Source of the DNA: Tubulanus polymorphus | Taxonomy: Eukaryota; Animalia; Nemertea | Length of the DNA: 64,000 nt | Assembly (NCBI RefSeq): GCF_964204645.1 | Contig: NC_134033.1 | Span: 4,860,231 to 4,924,230, forward strand | Direction: 5' to 3' | Shown: positions 23,341 to 36,763 of the stretch, in pieces | How the letters are laid out: the number at the start of each line of letters is the position of its first letter | Numbering within the stretch: position 1 is the stretch's first letter | The notes under the pieces: model-generated | What the model was told of the DNA's origin: nothing | The model's input: the letters and a program-made list of their open reading frames with translations, nothing else | Database searches by the model: none | Program-made: the position numbers and the translations under genes

Positions 23341-26300
23341 ACTATTTACAATACTATATATACTATTGGAGGGATCTATATACATCTACGCCGGTCTTAA
23401 TGAATTTAGCTAATTTGACCGTTGGGTTTTTCAGAATATCAAGGGTTTTAAAGGTATTCAAATTCAAATATTTTTTGCGGGGTTCGTTTGGTAAGGTATA
23501 GTCAAACAGAAAATGGGATTCGTCACCGAAAGTATTACAAGTAGGGCATATTCTATCGGCTCTGTCTAAATGAAGGTTTGAAAATTTGTTCACAGGTAAA
23601 ACATAGGACCCGACCCTAAATTCAAATAAACTAGTTCCTATGTCATCACCAAGTTCTATTATATACTTCTCTAACCTAATATCATTTTATATTGCCTCAA
23701 GTTATTGTATATCGGATTAGTATTTATGGCAGATACGGTTTCTTGAAGGTGCTGGTCACGGAGTATCTGTTTTATTCGTTTTGAAAAAGATTTACTGTTA
23801 GTCATGAATTGCTGCGTCCAAATGCAGGACAAACCACAGTCATAAAAGGTTTTCTTTATATATGATAACCAAGGGCTCTTAAATTTATCTCTTAAAAATA
23901 AATTGAAAGATATTTTATAAAGTATTGAATTAAGTTTGGTTTGCTTTCCAGATACTGTTTTAACCCAATAGTTTATCATCCTGCGTCTAACATCTATATT
24001 CAAAGGATAACGTCCTAGCTCTGATAAAACTTGTAAGTTGCGAGAATATTTAGTCACTTTCATTAAGATATTACAGAAGAAGCAGTGAATATTTTCTAAT
24101 AAATCAAGATTTTCGTATCCCCAGATTTCACACCCATACATGGCTATTGGAGCAACACACATATCAAATAATTTAAACATAACATCTATGGGCAATTTCA
24201 AAAGTCTGCCTTTTTGAACGATCGAAAACATTGCTCTCATAGCTTTATCGTAAAGATACTTTTTTGCCTTATGAAAGTTACCATTCCAATTAAATTTAAC
24301 TCCGAGATAAACATAATCTTCAACTACCTCTAACTCTTGATCACCAAACATAAATTTCGAAATCGTTTTTATCCGGGATTTACTTCGCGCAAATAGTAGT
24401 ACTTTAGTTTTCTCTGAGTTTACAGTGAGACCATTAGCCGCACAATATTTAAATAAGGTATCTAAGTGTAGCTGAAGAGATTTCTCATCCTCAGCAAGAA
24501 TAACTTTAACATCTGCGTATAGTATTATGAATACATTCAGTAAAGTATCAATATCCTCGGCACGATTCAAATTTAGTTTTTCAATAAATGACAAAGTCGG
24601 TTTTCCGCGATCAATGAAAAATTCTTCAATGTCGTTTAAGAATAACGAAAAGAGGATAGATGAGAGATTTTCGCCTTGTCTTAAGCCTCTATCAGCTGCA
24701 AAGTATTGTGACGTGCAACCATTAAATTTAACACATGATTTTATGGAATTATACATATTTTTGACCACATTGAAAAAGTTTCCATTAACACTGTTAGCAA
24801 TTTATTTTCGCCATAACGTTACCCTACAAATCGAGTCGATAGCTTTCTTAAAATCATTTAAGGGGCAACAAAGTCTTCTACGATTGTTTTAAACGTGTAA
24901 ATATGATCAATGGTGGAATATTTCGATCTAAAGCCAGCCTGGGCTTCACTTATAATGTCATTCGTATCTAGGAATGTTGACAATCTTTGATTTAGGATAC
25001 TTGTAAATAACTTACCAAGACAGCTAACTAAGGTAATACCTATAATTATCAGGATTAGAAGGATCGCCATTCTTTTTGAAAATGGGTTTGATGACGCATA
25101 TAGACCACATCTCTGGAACATATCCTGTTTTAAGAACTAAATTGAATATTTTTTGTAATATATCAACCAAAAACGGATACTGACTAACTCCCAAAAGCTC
25201 ATTCGTGATTCCATCAATGCCTGGGGCCTTATTGTTTTTGAGTAAAGAGTTTTTGTTCCGCTCGTAGAGTTTAGCATCGACCAATACTTTTTTGGGTTAT
25301 TAATTTCGCATTCTCTCAATTCCTTAATAAATTCATCTTTTTGTTTTTTCTTATTTCCTCGGATGACCTTTTCATAGTTTTTAGATGAGTTCTTAAGGGA
25401 TTCAAAATTGGAAGGGGTAGGGCAACCCCAATATCTTTTTTTCATATAATTATATCTCTTCTGTGCATCTCTACAGTCCCTGCCATACAATTATATGAAA
25501 AAAAGATATTGGGGTTGCCTTACCCCTTATTAAGGTCTTCCTCGCAAAAGCCTTTTAAGTCCTCGGTATTCTCATTTTCGGATTCCTCGACGCCGTAGAA
25601 GATCAAATTGGTCAGATTTGATAATTGCGTCCTGATCACCGACAACTTTCTCTAAATCGCGAACTTTGCTTCTAAGTTGTTCGTTTTCACTCTTTAGTTG
25701 TAATACGTCCTGGTGGCAAAATTCAAGCGATTGTTTAACTTCGGTCATGTCCTTCTGCAAGTCGTCCAGAAGCTCTAATTTCGAAAGCTGGGAAAGAATC
25801 GCATCAAGTTTTGACGATATTCCATTGTCTGCTTCCTCACGTGATGCCGTTTCCTCAGTCGATTTATGATTCTGGCGATTCGGTCGATTTGATGCTGCAG
25901 TCTTCTGCTTCTTGTTAGGTGGTGAAACACTTTGTCTTCCCGCCATTTTCTCCAGGTCTCACCGAACGTCACACAGATTTTGTGGTTGAAAAAGAAAAAC
26001 AAATCGGTTAAGTTTCAATATATAGAAACGGGATCAACTGGCCGCAAAGAATTAAACTAGGCTAAACTTAACTAATCTAGGCCCTACGCACGTTAGTTCG
26101 TTTGTTACCAACCGGTTCAATTTGAATTAGTCTTAGTTGACTATGCAATGTTAATTCGTTTGATGTAAACTACTAGTTTTTAGTGTCTGTCGTGGCCGAA
26201 TAATTAAACCCAAATTCTCAGCTAATACGGGATAAACGCACAAAAACGGCAACGGAATAGCACTAAGTTAGAAAAAATAGTTTCCTTGGATAATGTTTGT

Positions 26301-26382
26301 AACTAAAATGTGAATATATACCTTGACGGTTGTTTGAATAATTCAAGGAGCGCGCCGAAAGTACGTCCGCACAGTATCATAC
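23155..26382 (-). mobile_element. Non-LTR retrotransposon (RTE-X-like), internally deleted and inactive
   Basis: Coiled-coil ORF1 at 25572-25946; RT motifs PGIDG, QAGFR, GLRQGENLS, LYADV (YADD mutated), YLGV, ELGRYPL; CxxC..DExH knuckle; AATAAA plus (ATCGTAA)n tail; TSD ACCGAT at 23149-23154 and 26383-26388. Confidence 0.92.
23290..23334. repeat. (AT)n microsatellite in the LINE 3' UTR
   Basis: Direct reading. Confidence 0.95.
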
Positions 26383-28212
26383 ACCGATCGATAGAACGAA
26401 CGCCATCAATAGGGAGAAACTGGAACTAAACCAACAAGTGTCGGGGCTTCCGTAAACCGCACCGGAGTAGTGAGTGGTATCGGTGTTGTGTAGGACGATA
26501 CAGGGTCCGACAATGAGGAATGGAGAAAACCAAACTGATAGTAGATAGTACAGTAACGTCTTAGGAGAATCGATCAGTGTACGAATAGCAGAAAATGTAG
26601 TGAACATGTGAACAGAAACAGCGGCCATAGAAGCGAAAACAACCATCCAAATATAGTGTTTAACAGCGGCCATCGACACGCAAGGTAATCGATCATCAAC
26701 GCCGACCAGGCTGGAAATATGAAGAGTTTGAGCCACGGCGAGAGTTATACAGAGATTGACGATGAGTTTACCGGGAAGAGTTCGCTGATCGGGTATATTC
26801 AAGTAGATTACGACCGTTATCACGAGACTGACGACGGACAGACAGCTAAAGGTGAAGGTTATCAGAAAATCGCGATCGGAAAATAACGAACTGACCGTTA
26901 TTTTGAATTTTGAATCGTTTTGTCGTCTGCAAACCATGGCTCCTTCACTAGAATACACTCGCACGCAGTCGGTGATTTTAGTGGAACATTTAATCGATTT
27001 TACTATTTGCATTTTCCCGTCGTCGCTGGTAATTTGAAAAATTCTGTAATATTTGAAAGACGGGTTGGACTGGGCTAGAAATGAGTTACTTCCGGTTTGG
27101 GTCATATTATTTTCTACGTCTGCCTCTGTATCGATGACGTCACAGCGAGTATTCTTAGTCAAACTCGTAGTCGACAACTCGTAACCGGAAATGGTCACAA
27201 GAATGCCATCTTCACCGAATTGACACGTGATCATCGCCTCATATTTGCTCAAGATTGATTCCATAGTGACGTCACCGAGAAACTCTTTGTGATTGGTAAG
27301 CGTGAAGTCGCGTCTGTACAATGACGATTCATAGCTTAAAGATGATAAACTTCCTATTTCTGTAATCTTTGATTTATCGACAACGCCGCAGACTTTCACT
27401 TTGAAATACATCAATTCATACCCAAAGTTTTTCATAACAAATCGCTGAGTTTCGTTAAACGTAATAAAGAAAGAGAAATACACGCGTACGGATATTCTAG
27501 GCCATTCGTTCTCAACAAGCCGACAGATGGCGTTGTCTTCGTCGGTACCCTTAGTCGATCCCCGTAAACAGCCGTATCCGCGTCATCTACGCGTCTCCTG
27601 GTCGAATATTTCGTTTGTTTCCGAGCAGAGAAATTCTTTCGGCGCCCACGAGATGACGGGCATTCCCGCAGTTCGAAATTCTACGTCGCTCGCGAGACTG
27701 AAATCGAGTAAGATGTTCAAACCGAATGTTTTTTGGCCGGTTTGATCATAGTTACAAACTAAGGTCCATTCGTTTAAAGCGCTGTCACTCAGTTCACATT
27801 TGATACAGTAATAGTAAAAAATCCTGATACTCCCCCCCCCCCCCCCCCAGGATTACATCAGGCTTTCCGTAGACGTCGGTGATACGTGGGGACGTAGGAA
27901 TCCTAAGGTATCGAAATCAAGATTTTGGGAGTCGAATATCTGGTCATGGTTATCATTCCTCATTCGCATGAAAAGTCGCTTTCCTGGGCCACATTTAACC
28001 ACCAGAAATGCAAGTCAGGATTGAGTTGAGAGACATGAAAGTCTCGAATAGAAATCAAACGTGATTATAGATCACTCAGTTCAGTTTTTAGTGGGTTTCT
28101 TATACATTGAAAGAGTGTACACTGTATCCTGAACGATTATCATATGCCAAACTGCATTACATATCCTGAATCATCATCAGAGCAGTGTAGCCCGATCAGC
28201 ACAAAACAAACG

Positions 28213-29191
28213 AAACAAGGCAATTCGATACTACGTATCTATGTCCCCCGCGATAGCCAGTAGGGAATGAATGACCCCCGAAGACACTAATCTTTGGTAT
28301 AGAAAAATGATGAGTGTATCCATGGATAACCATACTATGAAATATCATTTTCCTGCTATGTAATTTAAGAATTGAGTTTACAGGGTTTTAGGCAAAAGAC
28401 GTCTACCAACCTTGACCTTTGACCCTAGAACTCCAAAATCACTAATGCACATCCTCTCCCCAGGGGTAATCATACTATGAAATAGCATTGTTCTGTTATT
28501 AATGGTTCTTCTTGGATCGTGTTTCCAAGCTTTCATATGAATAATATCTAGTGACCTTGACATTTTTCCCCAAAATCAATAGGGCACATCCTCTCCCTAG
28601 GGGTAATCATGCGATGTAATATCATTGCATTGCTATCAACAGTTCTTTCTGAATCACATTCACGACACAAGGTTTCACATGAATGACCTGAAGTGACCTT
28701 GACCTTTGATCCTTGGAGCCCAGAATCAATAGGGCACATCCTCTCCCTAGGGGTAGTCATACTACGTAATATCATGGTCCTGCTATCAACGGTTCGTCTT
28801 GAATCGCGTTCACAAGGTTTCACATGAATAACCTGTAGTGACCTTGACCTTTGGTCCTTGGACCCCAAAATCAATAGGGCACATTCTCTCCCTAGGGGTA
28901 ATCATACTGCGTAATATCATAGTCCTGCGATCAACGGTTCTTCTTGAATCGCGTTCACAAGGTTTCACATGAATGACCTGTAATGACCTTGACCTTTGGT
29001 CATTGGACCCCAAAATCATTAGGGCACATCCTCTCCATAGTGGTAGTCATACTGTGTAATATCATAGTCCCGCGATCAACGGTTCGTCTTGAATCGCGTT
29101 CACAAGCTCATGCGGACGGACGGACAGACGGACGGACGGAGGCGGATACCAAGTCCCCAGCTCGCGGCCTACGCCGCGCGGGGGACAATAA
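28213..29191 (-). mobile_element. HINE/Helentron-type non-autonomous element with ~5 internal ~145-bp tandem repeats
   Basis: Subterminal IRs tgtcccccgc / gcgggggaca; hairpins gatactacgtatc and cgcggcctacgccgcg; (GACG/GACA)n; units starting tgaccttgac at ~28410, 28552, 28694, 28839, 28984. Confidence 0.85.
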
Positions 29192-31772
29192 CAAGGATTA
29201 GTTTATAAATCAAAGAGCAAACAAAGTGAACGAGGCCTCGGACTCTTCATCTACCGGGTCAGGAAGCCTAGAGTTTAGTGACTGTACCTGCCTGCACTGT
29301 GGATAATTGGACTGTTCGCTGAGTGGCGGGTCTGTATGAATTCTGTTGATAATAATTCAAGAAATTACAAGTAATCATCTTACACGATTTAATCGAATTT
29401 TTCCAAAAATCGAATAATGCTCGAATTCCTAGCTGTTAAACCTTACACATTGTCAGAGAGCCAGAAGTGTGTTGTATTCATCAACCATCGAAACGAGCAT
29501 CGACAAACTAACTTGAAATGAACATTTAAATTATATTTGAAGAACAAGACTGATTTTTCCACGGGCTCCAGCGGTTGGATCATCGATTGTCACCGTAAAG
29601 TTACCGAGATGTGGGGGAAACGCTGACTTTTATGAATTCATGAGTTTGATAAATTGATCCGAGTTAATGTTGAAGAATGGCATCTTATTAATGATTTTAA
29701 TTAGGATCGTCAACGCGCGTTGTGGTTCCTGATGTGGCTGGATGAGCTTGGGAGGAACTACGTAATTCACACATTAGTCGTGCTGCATCGTCACAATATA
29801 TAACTAATTTCGACCACGTTCACTACATAAGGCGTGGAGCCACTTAATGGTGTCTTAGTTGATATCCGAGTATCATGATTAGGTTGTTCGTGTAATCATC
29901 GAGGTCTAATGAACATGGCGTAGCCGGGGGAGACAGTTCACGTGTGAAATTCATCGAACTCCATTTTTGTGCGCTAAAAATATGCTTTAAATATTAAGGG
30001 ATATCCGAGCGCTTTCCGACCTTTTGAAGCCCTTTGTCAAGTTACCTATTGGACAATTTCGACAGCGGAATAATTAACACGCAGAGAGCACATAGAGACA
30101 AATATTCCCTCTATTTTTAGGTTTCTCCTTAACACTAGAATTTCAGTTTCGTAAATGTCTACTAGACAACGACTAAAGTTCTAATTGTACAGTTAGTTTA
30201 GATAAACAAATAAATTTGGGAGTCATCGTTCAGAGAAACCCCGGGCCACGCGATGACTATAGTCTACACGGACGAAAACGAAATCGCCTCGTAAGAATTC
30301 AGCGAGATGAACGTCAAAAACTCCGATTCACAGAAGATTTGACCTGAAAAGTGTCACTAAAACTTACGTCGTCGCAAATACATTAAAGTATTACGTCGCT
30401 GTAGAAATATATATGTCGGGACGTTATTACGTTGCAAAAAAAACATGCGTCGGTGCAGCGCTCATATTTGTTACATTCATCGCGTTAATTCCCACATAAG
30501 GATTGAGTTGAGACACATGAACAGAACGGTGATTAGACAGTTTAGTTTAGTTTAGTTCAGTTTAGAGGATTTGTATTCAAAGAAAATGACAGTGTACTTT
30601 TGCCTGCGAACGATTTTGATGCCAAACCGCATTGCATCTATAAATGCAATGCGGTTTGGCATCAAAATCTCTATCAATCATAGAGTAATGGAGCATGAGC
30701 AAGAAAATAACGAATTAACAACGGTCAGTTAAAAAAATCGAAAAGCGAACAGAGTGAGCGCAGTGTATGTACCTGTCATTGACACTTCACCGGGAGGAGA
30801 AGAGTACCTTCAGCGTGGATGATTGGATTGAATGGTAGGTGATTTATTTGTTTTACAATAATATCATAAAACAAATATATTATATTCAACCCCCAATATA
30901 CCACCCTCGAATATCTTGCATTTCAAGATTATGAAAACAGCAAATAATCATTTAATACGTATCTCATGCCTCACGTTGCACATCCAGAGAAAGTCGAGCA
31001 GAAGTAGAATAACTAATCTTTCTTCTTTTTAAGAACGAATGATGGTTGATTTTATTTCCTCACTGTGAAACCTTACAAATTTGTGAATGACTGTCGGATG
31101 TCTAACTAATGAAATATATTAAAATGTAGAACACCTGGACATGGGCTATCAGGATTTTTATGCCCACGTGAAAAGGGGAGGGGGCAGACAAACTCGTTCG
31201 GGTAATTGGAGTTACGCTAGGGCTTATACATTGCACTGATCGAAGTGGTGACTTGGCAATTTCTCTTTGTTATCGTTCATTTAATACAAAGAAATATTTT
31301 CTGCGTTTCAAGCGAATTTGTTTTAAAGCGGCACTTTCGGTGGAGAGAGGCGTGGCCACGGAAGAGGCGTGACACGACTATCAATCACATTGATGTGTGA
31401 CCCGCAGCTCGCGTATCTCCCATCGCATATTAAATCACCAGAAGATTCTTACCGCCGCAATCTGGCCCATGAAAACACTTTTACTGACGATATCGGATTA
31501 TTTATAACTGATCGAGAACCAAAAACTTGCATTTTCGAAAGCTGACTTTTTCTATAAGAACGGGAATTTACATTGTGTGCTCTTTGCAGCGACGTCATCG
31601 TAGAGTTTTCTAATTAATTTCATAACCGTGTATAAAAACTTTTTACCGAAGATCCGTCGTGAAGCAGCCGTGTGTGGATCGTGAATCACGCGAACAAGAA
31701 GAAAACATCAATCAAGTAATTGAACTTTGATGAGATATATTCACGAGTTGAAACAAATACGTCGATAAAGAA

Positions 31773-32863
31773 ATGAACTCGACTTCAAATAACGCGAATG
31801 AAACTTATCCCCAAGAACGACACCTCTATGGCGCGTCCTGCTACTTCTATTTTGTCTATCCAGTGGATTTGGTGAACACTATGAACCGGTCGATAAAGTG
31901 GGTACACATTGTTTGCACCTCGTTCTTTATTGTCTTCGGTCTGATGATGAATATCGTATCATTAATCGTTATGATGATGCCGAAAATGCGCAAGAGCTCG
32001 TTCGCGGTCTACTTGGCAGCTCTAGCCATAAGCGACGGCGGTAATTTGATGCTGCACAGTATTTTCTGGATTAATTACATCAGCGCCCTTTCGGGTAGAC
32101 CGTTGGTCATCGTGGTCTTTGGAGGGTTCGCAAAGAGCTTTATGAAATACATAAGTATGTATTTTGCCGCTTTGAGCAGTTGGTTAGTAACATTGATAAG
32201 TATTGTTTTATCGTTGTCTGTTTTCCGATGTCAGCGTCGCGTTTGTATCGCCGTGGATCGGCCCGTGGCGCCACCTGTTGCACGGTTCTAAGCGTCCTTT
32301 GCGTAGTGTTAATCGACGGTTCCCTGCGTCCATGGATGAACTACCACACCAGTTGTAGGATACCCAATCGACGCCGCGACTCACGCGCTTTAGGGACTCT
32401 AATGATGGGCTACCTGCCTTTTATCATTATAACGTTTTGTTGCGTGAGTATAGTCGCAGTTTTGAGACTCCGCAGTGCTAGAATGCCGATCGCCGCCGTC
32501 AAATTAACCAATAACAGAGTTACTCGACTTATGCTTCTCGTAATGCTCGTTTTTCTCGTTCTGTTATTTCCTACTGTAGTTACTCTTACTCTAGTAACCG
32601 TGCTCCCACACTTGCGAGAAGTTCTGCAATTGGTATCGAGTTCAATGTCCGTCATTCTTTCAGAAATAAGCTATTCGGTCAATTTCCTCATTTACGCATT
32701 GGCCAGTCGAAAGATGAGGGAAGCGTTTGCTGAAAAGTTTCTTATTTGGTCGACAGATGGCACTCGTAGCAACATCCGATTAAGGGATCGAATGAATAAC
32801 AAAATTAAGTCCAAAGAGACAACGGACTCTCCTACACCCGCTATTAATGCTAGTGAACCTTAA
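31773..32863 (+). pseudogene. Intronless class A GPCR with a frameshifting deletion at the E/DRY motif
   Basis: ORF 31773-32291 gives TM1-3 (YLAALAISD); ORF 32180-32863 gives FIVVCFP to SYSVNFLIY; junction agtatt^gttttatc at ~32204 lacks ER, consistent with a 4-nt deletion. Confidence 0.87.
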
Positions 32864-33885
32864 AGGCCATCGATCTTGTGTTTGACGTGGAAGCAGATGA
32901 ATGAACAACGTTTTAGCAAGAATCAGTCTCAATGAATATACACGAAATGTATATTTACTGGATGTAGAAGAAAATCAGAATCGTTGGAAATATAAATAAA
33001 TGTTTGCAACGTTAATGTCACGAAAGCGGTTGCTCTCTTATTGTCATATTTTAACATTAGGCATTCAGAAGTTTTGGCTGAAATAGGCAGAAATACAGGT
33101 ATCCATCTCCAGCACCCCTGGAAACATGCACCATTGTAACGTTAGGTCATATCGACCAGGTTTTGAAAATGTGTTGATTAAAGATCTAATCTGGTACGTA
33201 ATTGATTTTAGTTATGTACACGTTACCGTAAAACGGGGTGAATAGGAACAGGCAGAGGGAAAAGTTTTTTCTCTCCTCATATGAACTTTAACGTTTGACA
33301 AATTAATTCTAAATTCTTTTCAAACTTTAGCCACAACGCTAGCTAAGAAAAAACACAGTAAATTATGGAAGTCAATAGGAACAGGCACATCTCTATGAAA
33401 AAATATATGTTCCTTTTCAAATTTTGATAAGTTGAATTTACTACCTTGTACCACTTGGTCATATGGACATGATATTTTCTGTAATCCAGCCAATATTGGG
33501 TTCTACGTTAGGTACACGTATAACATGTAAATGACTGCACCGGTGAATGTATGTTCTAAAGTTAATGTTGATTGCTGATTATGAAACAATTAAACCGGTA
33601 GTGCCAGCAGGTACACAACCAATTTTCGACGTCGATCCTGCGTTGAAGACTGTGATGTCGAAATACTAACGTGGATTTACGTCGATGGTTTTGTTTGTTG
33701 TAAGCTGGCGTCGCTTTACTAGTTAATTTCAATGTTTTATCGACGTGGGTTAAAAACAAAGTTCTTTTCGACTAAAATTATTCGATCGACGTAATAACGT
33801 CGCGGACATCATACCGAAACAAAAACATGGAAAATGGTCACGATCATACATAAAGAAAGATTAATCATAAATATTGGTTCTAGAT

Positions 33886-34320
33886 TTGGTTGCCCTCACA
33901 ACGCGTTGTTGGGGCATGCTGTATTCACTTCGTCGTCCGTTCATCTGTCCGCAGTGTTTTCCGTGCCCTAGCACCTAAACCCTTTGACAGACTTTCTTTA
34001 AATTCAAAGAGTTGTGTTGTCCTTGGTTAGTATCTGATTAGATTTTGGGTCCTGTAGGTCCAAGGTCAAGGTCGCAGAAATCCATTTTGTGAAATTCATT
34101 TCTGGGCTCTAACTCACAGATAGTTTAAAATAACTAAATGAAATTCCATACGGATAGGATATTCTATTCTTAGCGTGGGTAAGGCCACAGCAAAAGAAAA
34201 CCCTGTTTCTCGGGCACGAACGACCCGACTCGATATTTCGCCATTTCAAATAATCATTTCCAGAAAAAATATAATTGCTTATGAACGTCGCCACCGGGTA
34301 TACCCAACCAAGGACCGGTT
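33886..34320 (+). mobile_element. HINE/Helitron-type repeat remnant
   Basis: 5' hairpin gccctcacaacgcgttgttggggc, cgtccgttcatctgtccg tract and aggtcaaggtc core as in the 28213-29191 element. Confidence 0.55.
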
Positions 34321-34815
34321 AGTCTAACTTGTTGTTTACAGCAACCGGGCCAGATTCAGACCGTATAACATTAGATTTATCTACTAACTGGTAGTAAAAA
34401 TCTGAACCGACTAATAACGCTACATTGAAAGAATTTGAACCACTGTTCACGCTATGTGCGAATGTTATACCCTTGAACTCAGGAATCCTAGAAAACGATG
34501 TAACTTGAACTGACATAGGTTTAGTAATAACAGGGACAACTAACGCATCAAGCTCAAAAGGTTCCTCTTCGACAGAAATAACATTCAAAGTAATAATTAT
34601 CAACTTCTTTGAATCCTGATGATCTAGCATCAAAACCAGAAAAGTTAAAAAAATTCTCGTCTCTTCGTCTTGAAATTGATCAAATTATAATGATTGGGTT
34701 ATGAATGACCTCTGAGATCCGTCATCAAATAACATTCCTGTATTTTCAATAATTATCTAACAGGAGACAGTTGTCACAGCAGCAACAGCAGTTTTTAATA
34801 AAACCGAACCGTACG
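34320..34815 (-). mobile_element. BEL/Pao LTR-retrotransposon protease (DUF1758-type) fragment
   Basis: Minus-strand translation VLLKTA...LFDDGSQRSFIT...DALVVPVI...LLVGSDFYY...GPVAV with stops and frameshifts. Confidence 0.8.
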
Positions 34816-36763
34816 ATTGCCCTTGAATAGTAGTACAGTAAACTGTGGCCAGGTCGGATCTGGCCGAGTCGTATATAACCACTCAACTCGGCGGCGGTGC
34901 AATATAAAAAAAATTCAGTTTCCTATATGAAATAATGCTTTCGTATTCTCGTAGCAATGTCTCAATCGTTTTCGTTACTTACTGCGGCTAAGTCGTATAT
35001 TCTGAACGACCATTGGTCTAACCAGTATTATTCAATCCCCAGTAAATTCAATGACAATTTGTGACCGGACCAATAATGCTCGTAGGGCCGGCGTTGACCG
35101 TTCGAAACAGTAAATGAATTCTGCGGGTGGGTTCGAATCCCGGATAAATGACACTGACAGCAGAACGATTGCTGGCATGCGAGGTGGCACCCGACATGTG
35201 AATGCTGACCAGGGGATTTCCCGGCTACAGAATTAGATAGGGTTAATCGATCGCACATCAGACAGATGATACAAGCCACGAGCAACCAAAAACTGATGTT
35301 ACTTATTTAAATAGTACACATTTGATTATTTATTTACGTTTATTTCTGCATATAACAGTTTTTACAGTGAGTAAACCCTATATTAGCAACCATAGTCCTT
35401 AAATTTGAATTTGTAACTTGTAAATGTTTAACTTAACCATTTTGCCTATAATGTACTTGTACCTTGGCACTGGAACTTATATTATAATGTATATTAATAT
35501 TCGGAATAAACATCTTTATAACTGCAAAAAAAATAGTCCTTAATGAATGAGTTCCAAAATATTTAAAAAAAAAATGGTCCTTCAGAGTCGGATTCCAACC
35601 ATGTCGGACGAAACTTAGGCGAAGACTGTAGTACTGGTTATAGCCTGATCTGAAAAATCGACGCTTAAAGATGCAAGATTCTGGTTTCTTTAATTCCGAC
35701 CCAACTGTTGACTGTTGTAACTTAATAGACTCATTCGAATCGATTTTAACATGTAAGCCAACCGGGATTTTCGACAGGTTTGCTCCACGTAAACTAGTAT
35801 GTTGGGAAACTGAACATGATTTATATTTTATTTTGGAAACAAAATCTTATACAAATATATACAAACGTAATACACGTAAATATAATACACGTGTAAATGT
35901 GACAATATAAGGTTATATTTGGGTTCATTATTTAATTGTTCACCTACGAATAAGATTCAATGAAACGTTTCGATATTCCGAAAAATTTGATAATGTTATT
36001 TAAGGACAAAACGATTCGCGTGAGCAATGAAATCATCAAAATCATCATCTCAAATAATCTCAATCGATTTTTCAAAAACTACAAATTACTATGATTTTGA
36101 GAGTATTTTGATATTGTTCTGTGAGCTCTCTAGAAAGTAGAAACTAGTTTGGATAAACATTCTGTCTCATGAAAATATGTTGAACCAAAAGAATCCAGGA
36201 GTAATTCAAGAATTCGTCAGTAGGCCGATCTCGAAGAGTTCGTTAACCTAAAGAATCGAGAATTCCAAACACTTACAACTATATCAACATGATACATATC
36301 GTTATGAAACCACCACTGCTGCTACACTAACAGATGGTTTTTTTTTGTAAAACTAGGTTTATAAAATCAAAGGCTTTTATACCGTTGAAGATATCAATGT
36401 AATAAATCATTTCACGTTTATACATTTCGTCTCTAAAACGCTTAAAATTCATCCATTGTGTAAAACTAAACTTGAGTCGTCTACACGTGTTACAGTTGTT
36501 CGATGACTTTTACGCGCGTTGCGATGAAGAAACTACTCGGTACCACCGAATCAATAACGAATAGCGAATAACGTATGACGATTAACCAATAGCGAATAAC
36601 GTTTAGCGATTGACGAACAGCGTGGCGGTCCAGGAATTCCGTACGGTTCAGGTTTTCAAAAAGAGAGAGATCGTGAAAATATATACATACAAGCATTCAT
36701 AGAATGTGCATATTACGCATTGGTAGGTGTTCCATTTCATAGATTACAGGTTTCTCTCTCACG

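Larger units (their letters stand above)
22813..27813 (-). pseudogene. Third adhesion/Methuselah-type GPCR copy, 5'-truncated, nonsense-mutated and LINE-interrupted
   Basis: Pieces 22813-23154 and 26383-27813 align to the 13670/49830 genes; TGT>TGA at 27583-27585; homology ends at ~27813. Confidence 0.92.

Noticed and set aside
28400-29110. Regular repeats suggesting a CRISPR array, and ORFs 28378-29019 suggesting a repeat protein
   Set aside because: Head-to-tail ~145-bp units with no unique spacers inside a HINE-type element; the ORFs are incidental translations
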